Assembly (NCBI GenBank): GCA_028534125.1 | Contig: CM052816.1 | Coordinates: 95,792,001-95,856,000 of the forward strand | Direction of reading: 5' to 3' | Source: Lama glama | Taxonomy: Eukaryota | Length of the DNA: 64,000 nt | Shown: in pieces, positions 1-12,430 of the stretch | Position numbering within the stretch: the stretch's first letter is position 1 | Layout of the letters: each line of letters begins with the position of its first letter | Notes under the pieces: generated by a model | The model's database searches: none | Told to the model about the DNA's origin: nothing | What the model saw: the letters and a program-made list of their open reading frames with translations, nothing else | Program-made: the position numbers and the translations under genes

Positions 1-90
1 CTCTGGGGTAGGACCCAGGCATCAGTATTTAAACAAACAAAAAAAAACTTCTCCAGTTGATTTTAATATGCAGCTGGGGTTGAGATATCC
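1..90 (+). mobile_element. MER5-family hAT-Charlie DNA transposon fragment (cut by window edge)
   Basis: ggacccaggcatcagtattt...ctccagttgattttaatatgcagctggggttgaga resembles the MER5 terminal segment. Confidence 0.7.
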
Positions 91-334
91 GATCTGTCCT
101 TGTCATCACCCTTACTCTGTTCAAGGAATAACCCTCTGAGGTTCTTTCCTCTTGCCTCACATGCTGCGGATCCAGGATGCAGAGAGGAGTAGAGAGGGGT
201 CATCCTGCTGTCCCCACATCTACGTGTGTGCATGCGTGTGTGTGTTTACTCTTGCATAATACACTTCAGAGCTATGAGAGCAATGCCCTTTATAGTACTG
301 CTTATCTCACTTTAATGAGCGCAGGGATCGCCCA

Positions 335-455
335 CGGATCTCATTAATGTTCTGAGGCAGTGGGTCTAGGTTGGGGTCCAGCAGTTTTGCATGTCTAACC
401 AGCTCCCAGGGGACGTCAGTAGCTCTGAGCCACAGACCATTTGAGGAGCAAGGAT
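335..455 (+). mobile_element. MER5A-like hAT-Charlie fragment
   Basis: gggtctaggttggggtcc...tgcatgtctaaccagctcccagg...gaccatttgaggagcaagg. Confidence 0.65.
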
Positions 456-904
456 GCAGAGCATTTAAAGTCTAATCAGAATTCTTATTTTATACACACA
501 CACATACTGTTTTTCATCAATTGTAGTTTTTCATTTTCTCCCACATTGCAACAAATACGCAATTGAAATGCATCTTCCAAATGATAATGTCCTATGCTCA
601 TGGGTCGACCAGCAAACAGTGGACACAGCTGACCTTGCCTGTGTGCAGGTACCCTTGGTCCTGGCTGTCACACGGGTGGTGTTTTGTGAGTCATAAGTGT
701 GCTTAGTAACTACATGGTTGAGTTTAACTGACAGTTAAAATATCTCTGAAAATTACATGACTTGGCATTTAAAGAAAAACTTGTTAAATATACAGGAAGG
801 CATGAAAACAGAGCAGCAGGGTGTAAATGTGTCGTTAGTAGAGCAAATACGGCTTTTTAGTACAATGGCCATATTCTCTCATTTCTTGCAAAACGACCAC
901 CAGA

Positions 905-1290
905 GGCTTAGTGGTAGGTTATAACATTTGTTCAAGACACTCAGTGCCCCTCTCTACCTGGCCCCTCCTTCTTTCTTGCATCCACTTGTGGAAGGAACAT
1001 ACTTTGCACTCAATCCTGTCCCGCTTGACTGTGTGACTCCCTTTGGTCACTTCACTGGCGGTGAGCAGAGTGATGTATATATTCCTGAACAGAAGACTGA
1101 GGAGTCATCACACCGTTCTGCTGTTCCTCTGTCCCTCTGCCGTGAGGATGGCACGTCCCTGGTAGGGGGCCGTTGCCTCAGCCAACCTGAAAGCACACTG
1201 AACCCAGCGAGAACTAAACCTCTGTTGTTGTAAGCCCCTGGATTTTGATGGTGCTTGCTACCACGGCATAACTCATCACCAGCTGACTAG
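905..1290 (+). mobile_element. Old MaLR LTR (MLT1I/J-like)
   Basis: tgtgtgactccctttggtca... and the typical MLT1 3' end aaacctctgttgttgtaagcccctggattttgatggtgcttgctaccacggcataact. Confidence 0.65.
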
Positions 1291-2579
1291 TAGAGGGCTC
1301 AAAGAATAGAAGTAGGTGAAAATAAATTCCTACTGAGATACATGCAGAAGGATTCCCTAGTGCAGGGCAACTGATGCAACCAAAAGCAGGAGAAATCGCC
1401 AAATCCCCGAGAGCAGAACACAGGCTCTCAAGTTAAGGAGACAATGGCGGGATCAACTCATGAATCTTATTCACAGACTGTCCTTGAGGCATCTTGCTGT
1501 AAACTTACAATTTATTTTTCTCAGCCACTTGAAAAATAAAAGCATGTCTTCCATCGTGCTGCCTTACAGGTCTTGGTGCCCACTCAGAGGCACCATGTTT
1601 CGTTCGAGGGATCCCATCCTGTTTATGTGCTGAATCACTTGTGCCCACTTCTCAAGCATCTTGATTTAAAAATCTGTCAAAGGACCGTGTGTGTGTCCTC
1701 CAATAAGGAATACATTGTATCATTTTTTTAAAAAGCAGATGTCAAACTGTTCCTGGGAGGAAAGATATAAGGCCTCTCGTGGTTGCTTTGCTTTTGAAGT
1801 CATGACTTTGTATCCAACGCCTGGAAGGAAGCTCTCCTTGCTCACGGTTGACACTCCTATTTCTTATTTGGATAACAATTCCTTTAAAACAATGGATAGG
1901 TTATTTGGGGGTGAGGGAGGAATAGGACAAGAGAGTAGTGCCTGCCAACTCATTTTCATTGTATTTGCTTTCGAATAGGAGGGGACAGTTATCATTATGG
2001 AATCACGATACAGGAAAGACAATACTCGGGGTACACAGGTGCACGTATAAACTCACGCATTGTCCATATCTAGCCCTTACTTACTATAGGCGAGGCAATA
2101 ATGAATCTGAGACCACACTTCTATTTTTCTTTTTCTCTTCATTTCGAAGAAAACTTATTCTAGTTTTAGAACACAAAACATTTTAATTTTTTTTTTTACC
2201 CACAGCCTCCACTCTGTCTCCTTTTCCAAGTTCCTCATCTAATAGCTTCTAATGAGTTGAATGTTTTTCAGCTGAAATCAGCCCACAGGCTACACAAGAC
2301 TCCACGTTCCTCTCTGAGATGAAAGGCAGAGCAAAGAGAACTATAATTATATTTCCTTTTGGCTTCTTATCTCCTCCTTTATTCCTGTATTTTTCTTTTT
2401 CTTTTTTTTTAAAGAGATAAAGATCTTAATAGAAGTGCTTCTTCTCTCACCTACCTGTTGGAAAGTTCTTTAAATTCCCAGAATTAACTCTAGAGGGTTT
2501 TTAGGTCAAAGGTAAGGGTCAGCCAGGCTTGGCGAGTGACAGCAAAAGAACGGGATGGCAGCAGGGGATCACCTGAGCC

Positions 2580-3300
2580 GTATCAGGGATGCGCAGCGGA
2601 AGCGATTGGGTAGAGGCCATTTGTTCTGCCCCAGTTTGACTTGCCCAAGAGGATATAGTCAGTCATCCTTAACCCGCCTGTAGGGTGAAGGGTCGAATGA
2701 AGTTCTAAAAACCAACCGGTGCGTTGGACAGTGCGAACCGCCAGGTCAGCGCACGCAGGCAGAGAACTCCAGCTTAAGCCTGCGGGCTTGGATGCGGGCA
2801 CACATAGCCCTGCTCATCTGTGTGATCCTTCAGCGAGAAGCCATTAAGCCTCCAGTCTCTCTCAGTTCACCTGCAATGTGAGGGGGCTGACTGGGATGAT
2901 CTCTTAACCCCCTCTGAGTGCTGATCACCCCGCGATTCGGCTCCGTCCTCACCTGGTGCGGCCATTGACAGCCCCCGCAGGCTCGCCACGTGCCCCGCGC
3001 GGCAGAATGGCCTGGAGGGTCCGCCTTAAGCTCGGCGGCGCACAGAAAGCGCCTGCCAGCCAGGCGCTGTTGGTCAAATTGCTGTCATTCCGCGACGTCT
3101 AATCCAGAGTGCCCCACGACGGCGAGAAGCCCTGGACGAGAACCCCCTCTTTAACCCCCGCGCTGCGCGGGGCGGGAGGCGTGCGCCCTGGCTCTGGCTC
3201 CCGCACCGTTTGCTCAAGTGCAGACGCTCTCCAGAGACCACTCCTTCCGACCTGACTGTCTGTAGGGAGTTCTGACAGTGTGTCCTGCGAAGCTGGAGAT
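2580..3300. promoter_or_regulatory. CpG-rich island-like region, candidate promoter or enhancer
   Basis: Dense CpGs relative to the flanks, CACGTG at 2987-2992, GC box ggggcggg near 3168-3176, TGACAG near 2966. Confidence 0.5.
2810..2928 (+). mobile_element. MIR/MIR3 SINE fragment
   Basis: ctgtgtgatcctt...ctctctcagttcacctgcaatgtgagggggctgactgggatgatctctt matches the MIR core. Confidence 0.55.
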
Positions 3301-3571
3301 GTTCTGTTCTTAACTGTCTGGGAAGACAGTCAAGGAATAAATGACCAAGTTCTGATATTTCTGAAGAGTCTCCACCATTTGGCCACTTCACTTGCGAGAG
3401 TGACTGGCAGGTCAGCAAACATTTGCAGCCCTGTCTCAGGGCATTGCAGTCTCCCCAGGGGATCGCCTTCCTACTCTAGGACCATTTGTAGATATCGAGT
3501 ATCTTGTATTTCCATCAGGTTGGAAAATAATCCTGACCACTAGGATATTTTTATACTTAGTTTTTTTTTTT

Positions 3572-4071
3572 NNNNNNNNNNNNNNNNNNNNNNNNNNNNN
3601 NNNNNNNNNNNNNNNNNNNNNNNNNNNNNNNNNNNNNNNNNNNNNNNNNNNNNNNNNNNNNNNNNNNNNNNNNNNNNNNNNNNNNNNNNNNNNNNNNNNN
3701 NNNNNNNNNNNNNNNNNNNNNNNNNNNNNNNNNNNNNNNNNNNNNNNNNNNNNNNNNNNNNNNNNNNNNNNNNNNNNNNNNNNNNNNNNNNNNNNNNNNN
3801 NNNNNNNNNNNNNNNNNNNNNNNNNNNNNNNNNNNNNNNNNNNNNNNNNNNNNNNNNNNNNNNNNNNNNNNNNNNNNNNNNNNNNNNNNNNNNNNNNNNN
3901 NNNNNNNNNNNNNNNNNNNNNNNNNNNNNNNNNNNNNNNNNNNNNNNNNNNNNNNNNNNNNNNNNNNNNNNNNNNNNNNNNNNNNNNNNNNNNNNNNNNN
4001 NNNNNNNNNNNNNNNNNNNNNNNNNNNNNNNNNNNNNNNNNNNNNNNNNNNNNNNNNNNNNNNNNNNNNNN
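3572..4071. other. Assembly gap (500 N)
   Basis: Run of N flanked by T11 on the left and L1 sequence on the right. Confidence 1.
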
Positions 4072-4872
4072 TTGAGATGTATGTGAGATAATGTTAATCG
4101 AAGAATTCAGCAAGGTAGGAGGTTACAAGATTAACGTACAAAAATCAGTGGCATTTCTTTACACTAATGATGAATCTACAGGAAAAGAAAGTAAAGAAAC
4201 AATCCCCTTTAAAATAGCACCCAAAGTAATAAAATACCTACGAATAAACCTAACCAAGGAGGTGAAAGACTTATACACAGAGAACTATAAAACACTGATT
4301 AAGGAAATTAAAGAATACTTGAAAAAATGGAAAGATATCCCATGCTCCTGGATTGGAATAATCAATGTTGTTAAAATAGTCATACTGTCCAAGGCAATCT
4401 ACAGATTTAACACAATCCCTATCAAATCACCCAGGACATATTTCACAGAACTAGAGCAAATCATAATAAAATTTATATGGAAGCACAAAAGACCTAGAAT
4501 TGCCAAAGCATTACTGAAGAAAAAGAAAGAGGCTGGAGGAATAAGTCTCCCAGACTTCAGACAATACTATAGAGCTACAGCCATCAAGGCAGCTTGGTAT
4601 TGGTGCAAAACCAGACATATGGACCAATGGAACAGAATAGAGAGCCCAGAAATGAATCCACAAACTTTTCGTCAACTCATCTTCGACAAAGGAGGCAAGA
4701 ATATACAATGGAATAAAGACAGTCTCTTCAGCAAATGGTGTTGGGAAAACTGGACAGCAGCATGTAAAGCAATAAAGCTAGAACACCCCCTTACACCATA
4801 CACAAAAATAAACTCAAAATGGATCAAAGACTTAAACATAAGACAAGACACAATAAACCTCCTAGAAGAAAA
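4072..4872 (+). mobile_element. Young lineage-specific LINE-1 ORF2 fragment (post-RT region), inverted 5' part of a minus-strand L1
   Basis: About 260 codons without a stop: [23 protein letters not shown]...[15 protein letters not shown]...[10 protein letters not shown]...[10 protein letters not shown]...[10 protein letters not shown]...[16 protein letters not shown]...LLEEN. Similarity stops at ~4872; 4072-4095 reads as L1 on the opposite strand. Confidence 0.97.
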
Positions 4873-5475
4873 TGAAGACTATACATTTCTTGGTATTACA
4901 GCTGATGAGTAACTGACACATGCTTCCGAATGCTGTCCTGCTTCCTAACTGCATCTCACAATTATTCATTGATGGGTCACCTACTGGCCTTAGTGATGGG
5001 AACACAAAATGAATGGGCAGAATCTCTGATTTTAGAATGTTCACTGGTGTCAAGTGGAGAACCTGCACCAGAACAGATCATTAAATGCGACGCAGTGAGT
5101 TCACCCCTTAGAAGATCGCAGGGAAGCTTCACTGAGGTAGACCGTGGGTTGAATTGCCGAGAATGATCTCTAGTCATTTAAGTAAAAATTTTTGGAGAAG
5201 TGGGAGCCCTAGTGAAGCAACAGAGGAGATAAATGGTGTGATTTATGCAAAAAAAAGTTCTGTTTAACTGCAGCAAAAAAGTACAGGGAAAAATTGGAGT
5301 TAAGGCTAAAGAACAGGGTGTGAAGCAGATCATAGGAGGCTGGGTTGCCACATGAAGGAGGTTATTTCTCAGTCTTAATTCCATCTAATTTCACAAATGG
5401 CCCTTCTAATATTTAGCAATTTTAATCCTTTCTGTTTCTTAAAGATTTAATCCTTTAATCATCTAGGAATCATCA

Positions 5476-5636
5476 TCTGGTCTTAACTTCTGCCGTACAT
5501 TAGAGTCACTTGAAGAGCCTTCTAGAGTCTTGATGCTCAGCTGCATCCCAAACCCAATTAATTGGAATACAGGCTTCAGTACTTTGAAAGCGTCCGAAGT
5601 GGTTACAATGTTCAGTCCAGGTTGAGAACCACGTTA
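5476..5636 (+). mobile_element. MER5B-like hAT-Charlie element
   Basis: tacattagagtcacttgaagagc...gatgctcagctgcatccca...aatgttcagtccaggttgagaaccac. Confidence 0.65.
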
Positions 5637-6889
5637 CTATGTGCTATTTAAGGAAGGGAAGAAAGGTAAATTCTAGGCAACACTTACCTTTGAAATTAGC
5701 ATCCCTTCTAATTGAAATGGTCCTTCTTTACTCTGTGCACAAGCAGCTGTCAAAGTCACACATAAATTTGTAGATAATTAAAAGAAAAATACAGTGTAAT
5801 GGAAATTCCATAGGATATCTTTGTCAAAAGCTCTCAAACATCTTCCTAGGAAATACACTCCTAGAAATGGTGAGCTTACATAGTGACCTTAGACCTGATA
5901 TAATTTCACAGGTCACTACTGTGCTCAGTAGTGAGTAGGGCACTCCATTCAGTGTTGCTTCTTTAGATGGATGATAAAGATCCATCTATCTAGATTTACT
6001 CTAAAAATGCATAAGGTCTTTGGCTGTTGTTCTGTATTCCTGTACAAAGCTTAACTATTTTATTTGGAGATGGTGAAGGATACACATGAAAGGCCAAGTA
6101 GCATTCTGGCTATGAACAGCTCAGCCTTGTGTGGTCACAGAGCACAAGACAAGAAATGCAATTCAGATAAAATATTAGTAGGATGAAATGAAAACATATT
6201 TCTCATTGCCTTAGGCCACCTGTCTGTGCATTTGACACTCTGATGCTTTCGTCTTAGTGTAATCTAGTCTATGTCCTTGTGGGACATGAAGACACAGTTT
6301 TAACGATATGCTCTCAATTTATTCCATGGGTGCTGATGTGAGAACTTGCTGTAGAATTAGGTGCTGGATCATTTATTCTTGTATTAGGTCTTCCATTATT
6401 TTCATCTCTGTATGTCTTGCTGTCAAATGTGTTTCTACCACCATCATAAAGGGTCTCTTCTAAGCTTTTCATACCATCTGGCATCTATCAAAAGGAGGAT
6501 CATTTCCTGCATTTGGAAGCACCTTCCAAATGGTGGAGGCACTAAAGATCAATAGTGTGGGTGTAATATTCCCCAAACTGTGGAGAGGTAGCAGTTGAAA
6601 TACTGATCTGGAATGGGCTTTGAAAGATCTCTATTTCCTCTGTATATGTGCAGATTTGGCTGACGTTTATTCCTACATACTTTATGGTAGAGTTGTATTT
6701 GACACTTAAAATACATTATTTTAATTAAATTATTCCATTTAATTTGAACTTAACCCAGGGGATATATGTTATCATCTGAGATTCATTTAAAAAGCAATAA
6801 ATTTGTCTGTGTTAATATAAGAATAAGTGATAGCCAAAGTAAAATGTTGTTCTCAGCCTCATCACCAACACTTCATTTATTTTTTGAAT

Positions 6890-7500
6890 AATTCTATACT
6901 ATTTTTATTATTATAAAAGCTACACATGCTCATTATAGAGAATCTTTAATGGTATAAAGAGTAAAATTAAAATGTTGTTTACACCACCCAAAGATATCCA
7001 CTGTATGTTTGTTTGTTTATATTGAGGTATAGTCAGTTTACAATGTTGTCAACTTCTGGTGTACAGTACAATTCTTCAGTCATACATGAATATACATATA
7101 TATTAAATTTCAGGCTTTTTCTAGATATGTGTGTGTGTGTGTGATAACATATTTGGCTTCATAGTGTAAATAAATTTTGTATTCTACTCTTCATCATCTG
7201 ATATTGTATTGTGAGCATGTTCCCATGTTATTAAATTTTCCCCAGACATAGGTTTTAATAAGTCATCTGATGGCTATATCATGATTTATTTAACCTTTCC
7301 CTTGCTTGTGGTTGTTTAGGTGATTGCCTATTTCTTAACTGGATTTTTAAAAGGTGCCACATACAACTTTATGCATAAGTCTCGGTCAAAATCTCTAGCT
7401 CTTTTTTTTTCAGGTCTGGCTTCTAAAACTGGGATCATGGGCTTCCTGTGCCATCTGCTCTTGTTTGATACATTGGGAGAAATTGTTCTCCATACAGATG
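6890..7500 (-). mobile_element. Ancient L1M(E)-type 3' fragment with a nested young L1 3' end (~7008-7103)
   Basis: tacacatgctcattatag...caccacccaaagatatccactgt and atcatgatttatttaacc...ttgtttagg; nested tattgaggtatagtcagtttacaatgttgtc...cagtcatacatgaatatacata. Confidence 0.7.
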
Positions 7501-10500
7501 CACTTCTGAGTTAGGATGCAGAGGATGTGAATGACCTGGAGGCTGGGTGTGAATCTGTGATCACAGCCTTTTCAGGGGTTATAAGACCCATCCGACGAAG
7601 GTGGTCTTCTTTGAGGTTAACAATCATTGCCTGTATGTTCACACGTATAGGGAGTATATATATTAGTAAATACAACGTAAATCTTCTTAAATTTGCCTTT
7701 TCCTTAGCAGAACTCCCCCTAGACCCAAGTGATAAGCTGATTGACTATGAGTCTTAGTTTTGTGGGAAGTAAGAGTTTTGTCTTTATAGATAATCTTTAC
7801 AAGTATTTAAATAAGATCCTGGATGCAGCTCAAAAATGCCAACCAGAAATTATTTTAATCTTAAAAACCCCAATACTACCAAGGCATTTTAATTTGAAAG
7901 ATAGTTTCAGACGTGACCTTTGAAATCTCTATAGAACTAAGGGTTTTCCTAAAAAGCAACAAAAAATGCTGGGACAAATATGAGAAGTCAAGTCCTCCCA
8001 GGGAACCAAAAAGTGATTGCTACATTGACTCACTTTTATGAAGATTTTGGATGCATAAAAGATTTATAGTTCTTCCCAGGATTAGGGTAAAATAATGATG
8101 AATTTTGCATTTAGTTTTTCAAAACCTAACTTTGACTCCCTCAGACTGTCTATCACCCCTCTGCTCCCAAGGCCCCTTGTTATCCTTCTGCTGTCTGACT
8201 GTTAAACACATGACCTTTTAATTTATTTCTGAGCAGCATCCCTGTGGAAATCTAGGGGGGATAAAGGCTACGAGGTCATTTCGATTTTCCCTTCAATCTT
8301 TTGTATCTTCTCTTTTATCCTCCCTAAATTGTGAAGTGATGGGAGGCTTGTGCTATTTCCCGTTTTGAATTTCCACAAACACTCACTTTCATTTTCCATA
8401 TTGTTTTACTAGCTGCTCGGCGATGCCCTAGGTTGGTTGCGCGCACTCAGCAATTCGTCTGAAAACCGTCTGTTTCATGTTTATTTCCGACTGCTCTGTT
8501 CCTGGCGGAGTCCGAAGCCCCGTCTCTGTGGTTTTGATGGCATCAGTCCTCTGCCGCACGCCGCGGCTCCCGCTGCTTGGGACCTGCTGTCTTCCTGTGC
8601 TTCCCTTTGTTCTCTGGGTTCTCACTTTCCTTCCCCCCTGCCCCGCGGCGGCGCAGGTTTTCAGATGTCGCTGCACATCTGGCCCATCTGTAGACGATCG
8701 CTCCTCATTGCTTCCTTTTCCAGGTTTCGCTGGGCTTCACGGAGTCACAGAGTGCATGCTGGCACTGCTGTTTTCGCTCATACAGAATATTTCTCACACC
8801 TCTTTTTTGGTGAGTTTCTCAATTCTACTTCTTCAGTTTATTTTAAATCCTACAAAACGAATTCTCCTAAGGTTAAGCTTAAACAAGGTTTTGATATGGA
8901 CATTACTGAGGAAGAGCAGACGTGAATTTATACCCACGCTTCAGTGGTTACCTTCTGTTGTCACAAATCCATGCATACTTTTCTCTGAAGTGGCCCTGTG
9001 TAATGAGGCTTCCCGGAATGTTATCTTTTGTTATCTTGATGAGTGTTTGTAGAAAAGAATTCCATTGAGAAATGGCAATGGAACATGTTTTTTCCTTCTT
9101 TTTGATAGGAATTCCCCGAAGAGAAATCTTTCTGTTTCCAATTTAGGCAAAGTGCCTTGTCCCAGAGGAAATATGTCCTGTATAAGGTTAGAGACAAGGA
9201 ACTCTTACAAACTGCAAATCATTCTCTGTTGCCAGAAGGGTGTTTCTGAAAGAGATCCTCTCCCCAAGTGGTGTGAAGTTTGCCACCCTTTCCTTCCTGA
9301 ATTCTAACAAGTAGGTGTCAAGCCTAGATTTGTTAGCAGCTCTACGGGGAATGAAAGGAAAAGATTCAGATCATTGCCAGCTTTCACACAGAAACCTGCT
9401 TCGGAAACACGAATGCTCCCAGGACAATGTACCATCTCTGTTACAGCACACTGACACCCTTACGCACGTAGTAACACAAAAGGTATTTTTGTTATGGGTG
9501 GGAAAAGATGCATTACCAGCAATATAATTTAGTTTGAAATGCTGTGAAACGCAATGTATTTTTTATTCTCTGTGAAGCTGGTGATATAAACTAGGTTTTA
9601 GTAATTGTAATAATCCAAGATTGGGGTCTTTTGATTCTCCTGAAAGATATAAAACGTATAATATCCTGTTTTGTACCTTTAGGTGTACAAATTCCCTTGA
9701 ACAGACATTTTGCTTCTTAGGTTCTTTCATTTTTGGGGGCTATGTAGGTGGGTGTGGGAACAGTGAAAGGAGTGCTGGGCAGGCTGGAGAGCCATCCCTG
9801 TTAGCTCCAGCCTGCTTGGTAAGGGTGGAAGGAGTTTAGACAGGGTATTCTTCTATCATTAACAACGTGAAGCTAAAGAAAGGGTCTCAACGGTCTCATA
9901 ATGGAAGAGGGGGATGTGGTGCTTTGATGAATTTTTTTTGGCTCTTTGAGGGTCTGAGAATTCAGAAAAATGATGGTGGGTGGTGCAAGTCTCATGGGGT
10001 CCCATGTGAACCAGCCTAAAAAAAATGCCATTTAAAAGTCTTGCAGGCTCCTACCGCTGCACCTCTCTGGAGAAGTCCATGGAACTAGCTCCAGGATTTG
10101 GAGATTTTCTTTGATGTCAGGGTTCTGGAAAACTGTTCAGTGGAGCTCCACAAAAAGCTGGGTAAAATGGGCTTCATAAACCAAAACTGTCTGGAGCCAG
10201 GCTAAGATGTGGTCTGAACATTTATGCCTGGTTTCATTGCAGCAATTAGGGGGCTGTTCAGTAACAGAGTAGTAATTGCTGTTACACACACACATCGTCA
10301 GAGGGAGCAGGCTCAGAGAATCGTAACCTACCGGATAATTGAGCAAAAGCACTAAACATCTATATAAAAATGTTTCAAAAGGCAGATGGAGTTTAGAGAA
10401 AATGACAAATAGTTCTTGTTTTAAAAAAAGAAGAAATTATCAGAATTATTTTGCAAACGTTTCCTCTGTCCTTCTGAACTTTTGAAGTAGCATAGAGATT

Positions 10501-10859
10501 TAGGTTTTCCATTTTATCATTTGTAGAAAAGAAATATAAATCCTCATTTTCTTTCATCAAACTATACAGTTTTTTTTTCTGTTATTAGAGTATAACCTTC
10601 AGGACCATCTTCTCTATTTAGGTCATTACAATTTAATATCCGACTTTTCAGTAGAATCCTTTCTCTCATCCAACTCCAAGGAAAATCTAAAATAAACAAA
10701 GTAATTTTTAAAAAAGCATGTGTGGTGCTACTTTTTCAGAAGATTATTAATTCCTCAGGGGTTAAGAGTATTTTCTCCTTAATTTGGCTGCAATCTTCTC
10801 AGAGTGGCAATATCCATTTATTTGGGTTAACTTTTTTCCACAATGAAAGATAAACCATT

Positions 10860-11990
10860 TACCAGGAAGCAATTGCCTTTTGTGTGTTAATCTTCTATCC
10901 TGTGACTCTGTTATATTCTCTTATTAGTTCCAGGAGCTATTTTGTAGATTCTTTGGAATTTTCTGCATAGACAATCATACGTTCAAATAAAGATTTTTTT
11001 TTTCTTCCTTTCCAACCAGTATAACTTTTATTTATTTTTCTTGTTTTATCGCACTACTTACACTTTCTAGTATGGCATCTAATAAGAATGATGAGAGAAG
11101 ACATCTTACCTTTCCGCAGTCTTTAGAGGAAAGCATCTCGTCTCTCACCATTAAGTGTAATGTCAGCTACTTGTTTCTGGAGGTTTTTAAACAAAGTTGA
11201 GAAAGTTCCTCTCTCTTTTCAGTGTGCTGATATTTTTTTACCATGACTGGGTGCTGAAAGTTTTAATGCCTTTTTCTGCATCAATTAACATGATCATATG
11301 ATTTTTCTCCTTTAATCTACTGACATGGTGAATTACGGTGACTGATTTTTGAATGTTGAAACAGCTTTGCATACTTAAACTATTTCCCACTTGATTGTAA
11401 TGTCTAATTATTTTTATAGATTGTTGGAATTCATTTGCTACTTTTTAAAAAGGATTTTTAAATCTGCGTTTATGAGAAATACTAGCCTGTAGTTTTCCTT
11501 TCTTGTAATGTCTTTGGTTTTGATACTATGGTAATGCTGCCCTCATGGCATGAGTTAGAAAGTGTTTCCTCTCTTCAATCTTCTAGAAGAGTTTGTAGAG
11601 AATTGATATTACTTCTTCCTTAAGTGCTTGGTGGAATTCACCATGAACCCGTCTGGTCTGGTGCTTTCTATTTTGGAAGGTTATCAATTATTAATGTAAT
11701 TTCTTCAATAAATAAAAGCTTATTTTAAAAACTTCTTGTGTTAAGTTTTGATAGTTTGTGTTTTGCAAGGAATTTCATCTAAGCTAGAAAATTCGCTGGC
11801 ATAGTATTAATCATAGAATTTTGTTAACTTTTTAATGCCCATGGGATCAGTAGTGATGACTCCTCTTTCATTTCAGCTATTGGTAATTTGTGTCTTTTTT
11901 TGCTTTGTGTCAGTTAGTATGGTGAGAGGTTTATTGAGTTTACTGATTTTTTTTTCAAAGAACTAGCTTTTGGTTTTACTAATTTTCTTT
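10860..11990 (-). mobile_element. Old L1 (L1M) ORF2 RT-region fragment, decayed
   Basis: Antisense L1 ORF2 motifs such as tctcaccattaagtgtaatgtcagct, tttttctgcatcaattaacatgatcatatgatttttctcc, ggtaatgctgccctcat and tggtggaattcacca. Confidence 0.9.
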
Positions 11991-12299
11991 AAATCATCGA
12001 TAAGAAAAAAGGAAGCGAAAGGCAATAGGAATGAGTAATGGGAACTGCACATTAGTTCACAGCTGCTTTTTGGTGAAGCTGAGCATACACTCTAAATGTT
12101 ATGCCACGTATAATAAATTGTGGTAAACTACCACTTTAAAAATAGTGACAAACCTGGTTTCTTCTTAACATCATCCCAGAAAAGTTTCAATATGAGTGAC
12201 CTTGCTTTGAAGGCACCGAGTAATGTATCATTTACCAGAAAAGTTAAAAAATTATTTTTCAATCATAACTGATTTTTCCCCCAAGGGAAAAAAATCCAT

Positions 12300-12430
12300 G
12301 CACTAATGATTTTCAAACTTCAGTTTATATAACAATAATATGGGTATTATTTAAAATGCAGACTTCTGGATCTCACCCCAATTCTACTTGGTGTGTCTAT
12401 GGAGGGGACCAGAAATTATTATTATTTTGG
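12300..12430 (+). mobile_element. MER5A-like fragment
   Basis: ttttcaaacttcag...ttaaaatgcagacttctggatctcacccca. Confidence 0.5.

Noticed and set aside
3541..3571. TSD pairing the T11 run with the end of the L1 at 4872
   Set aside because: ggatatttttatacttag does not match the sequence after 4872 (gaagactatacatttcttgg), so no TSD can be claimed.
3436..4113. 225-aa minus-strand ORF
   Set aside because: Artefact of translating through the 500-N gap.
4091..4912. 273-aa ORF as a functional gene
   Set aside because: It is an internal L1 ORF2 fragment lacking the endonuclease, the RT catalytic core and the C-terminus. Its ATG arises at the inversion junction and the last residues are flanking read-through.
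8428..9052. Overlapping 82, 162 and 191 aa ORFs
   Set aside because: No recognisable domains; several open frames are expected in a locally GC-rich, stop-poor patch.
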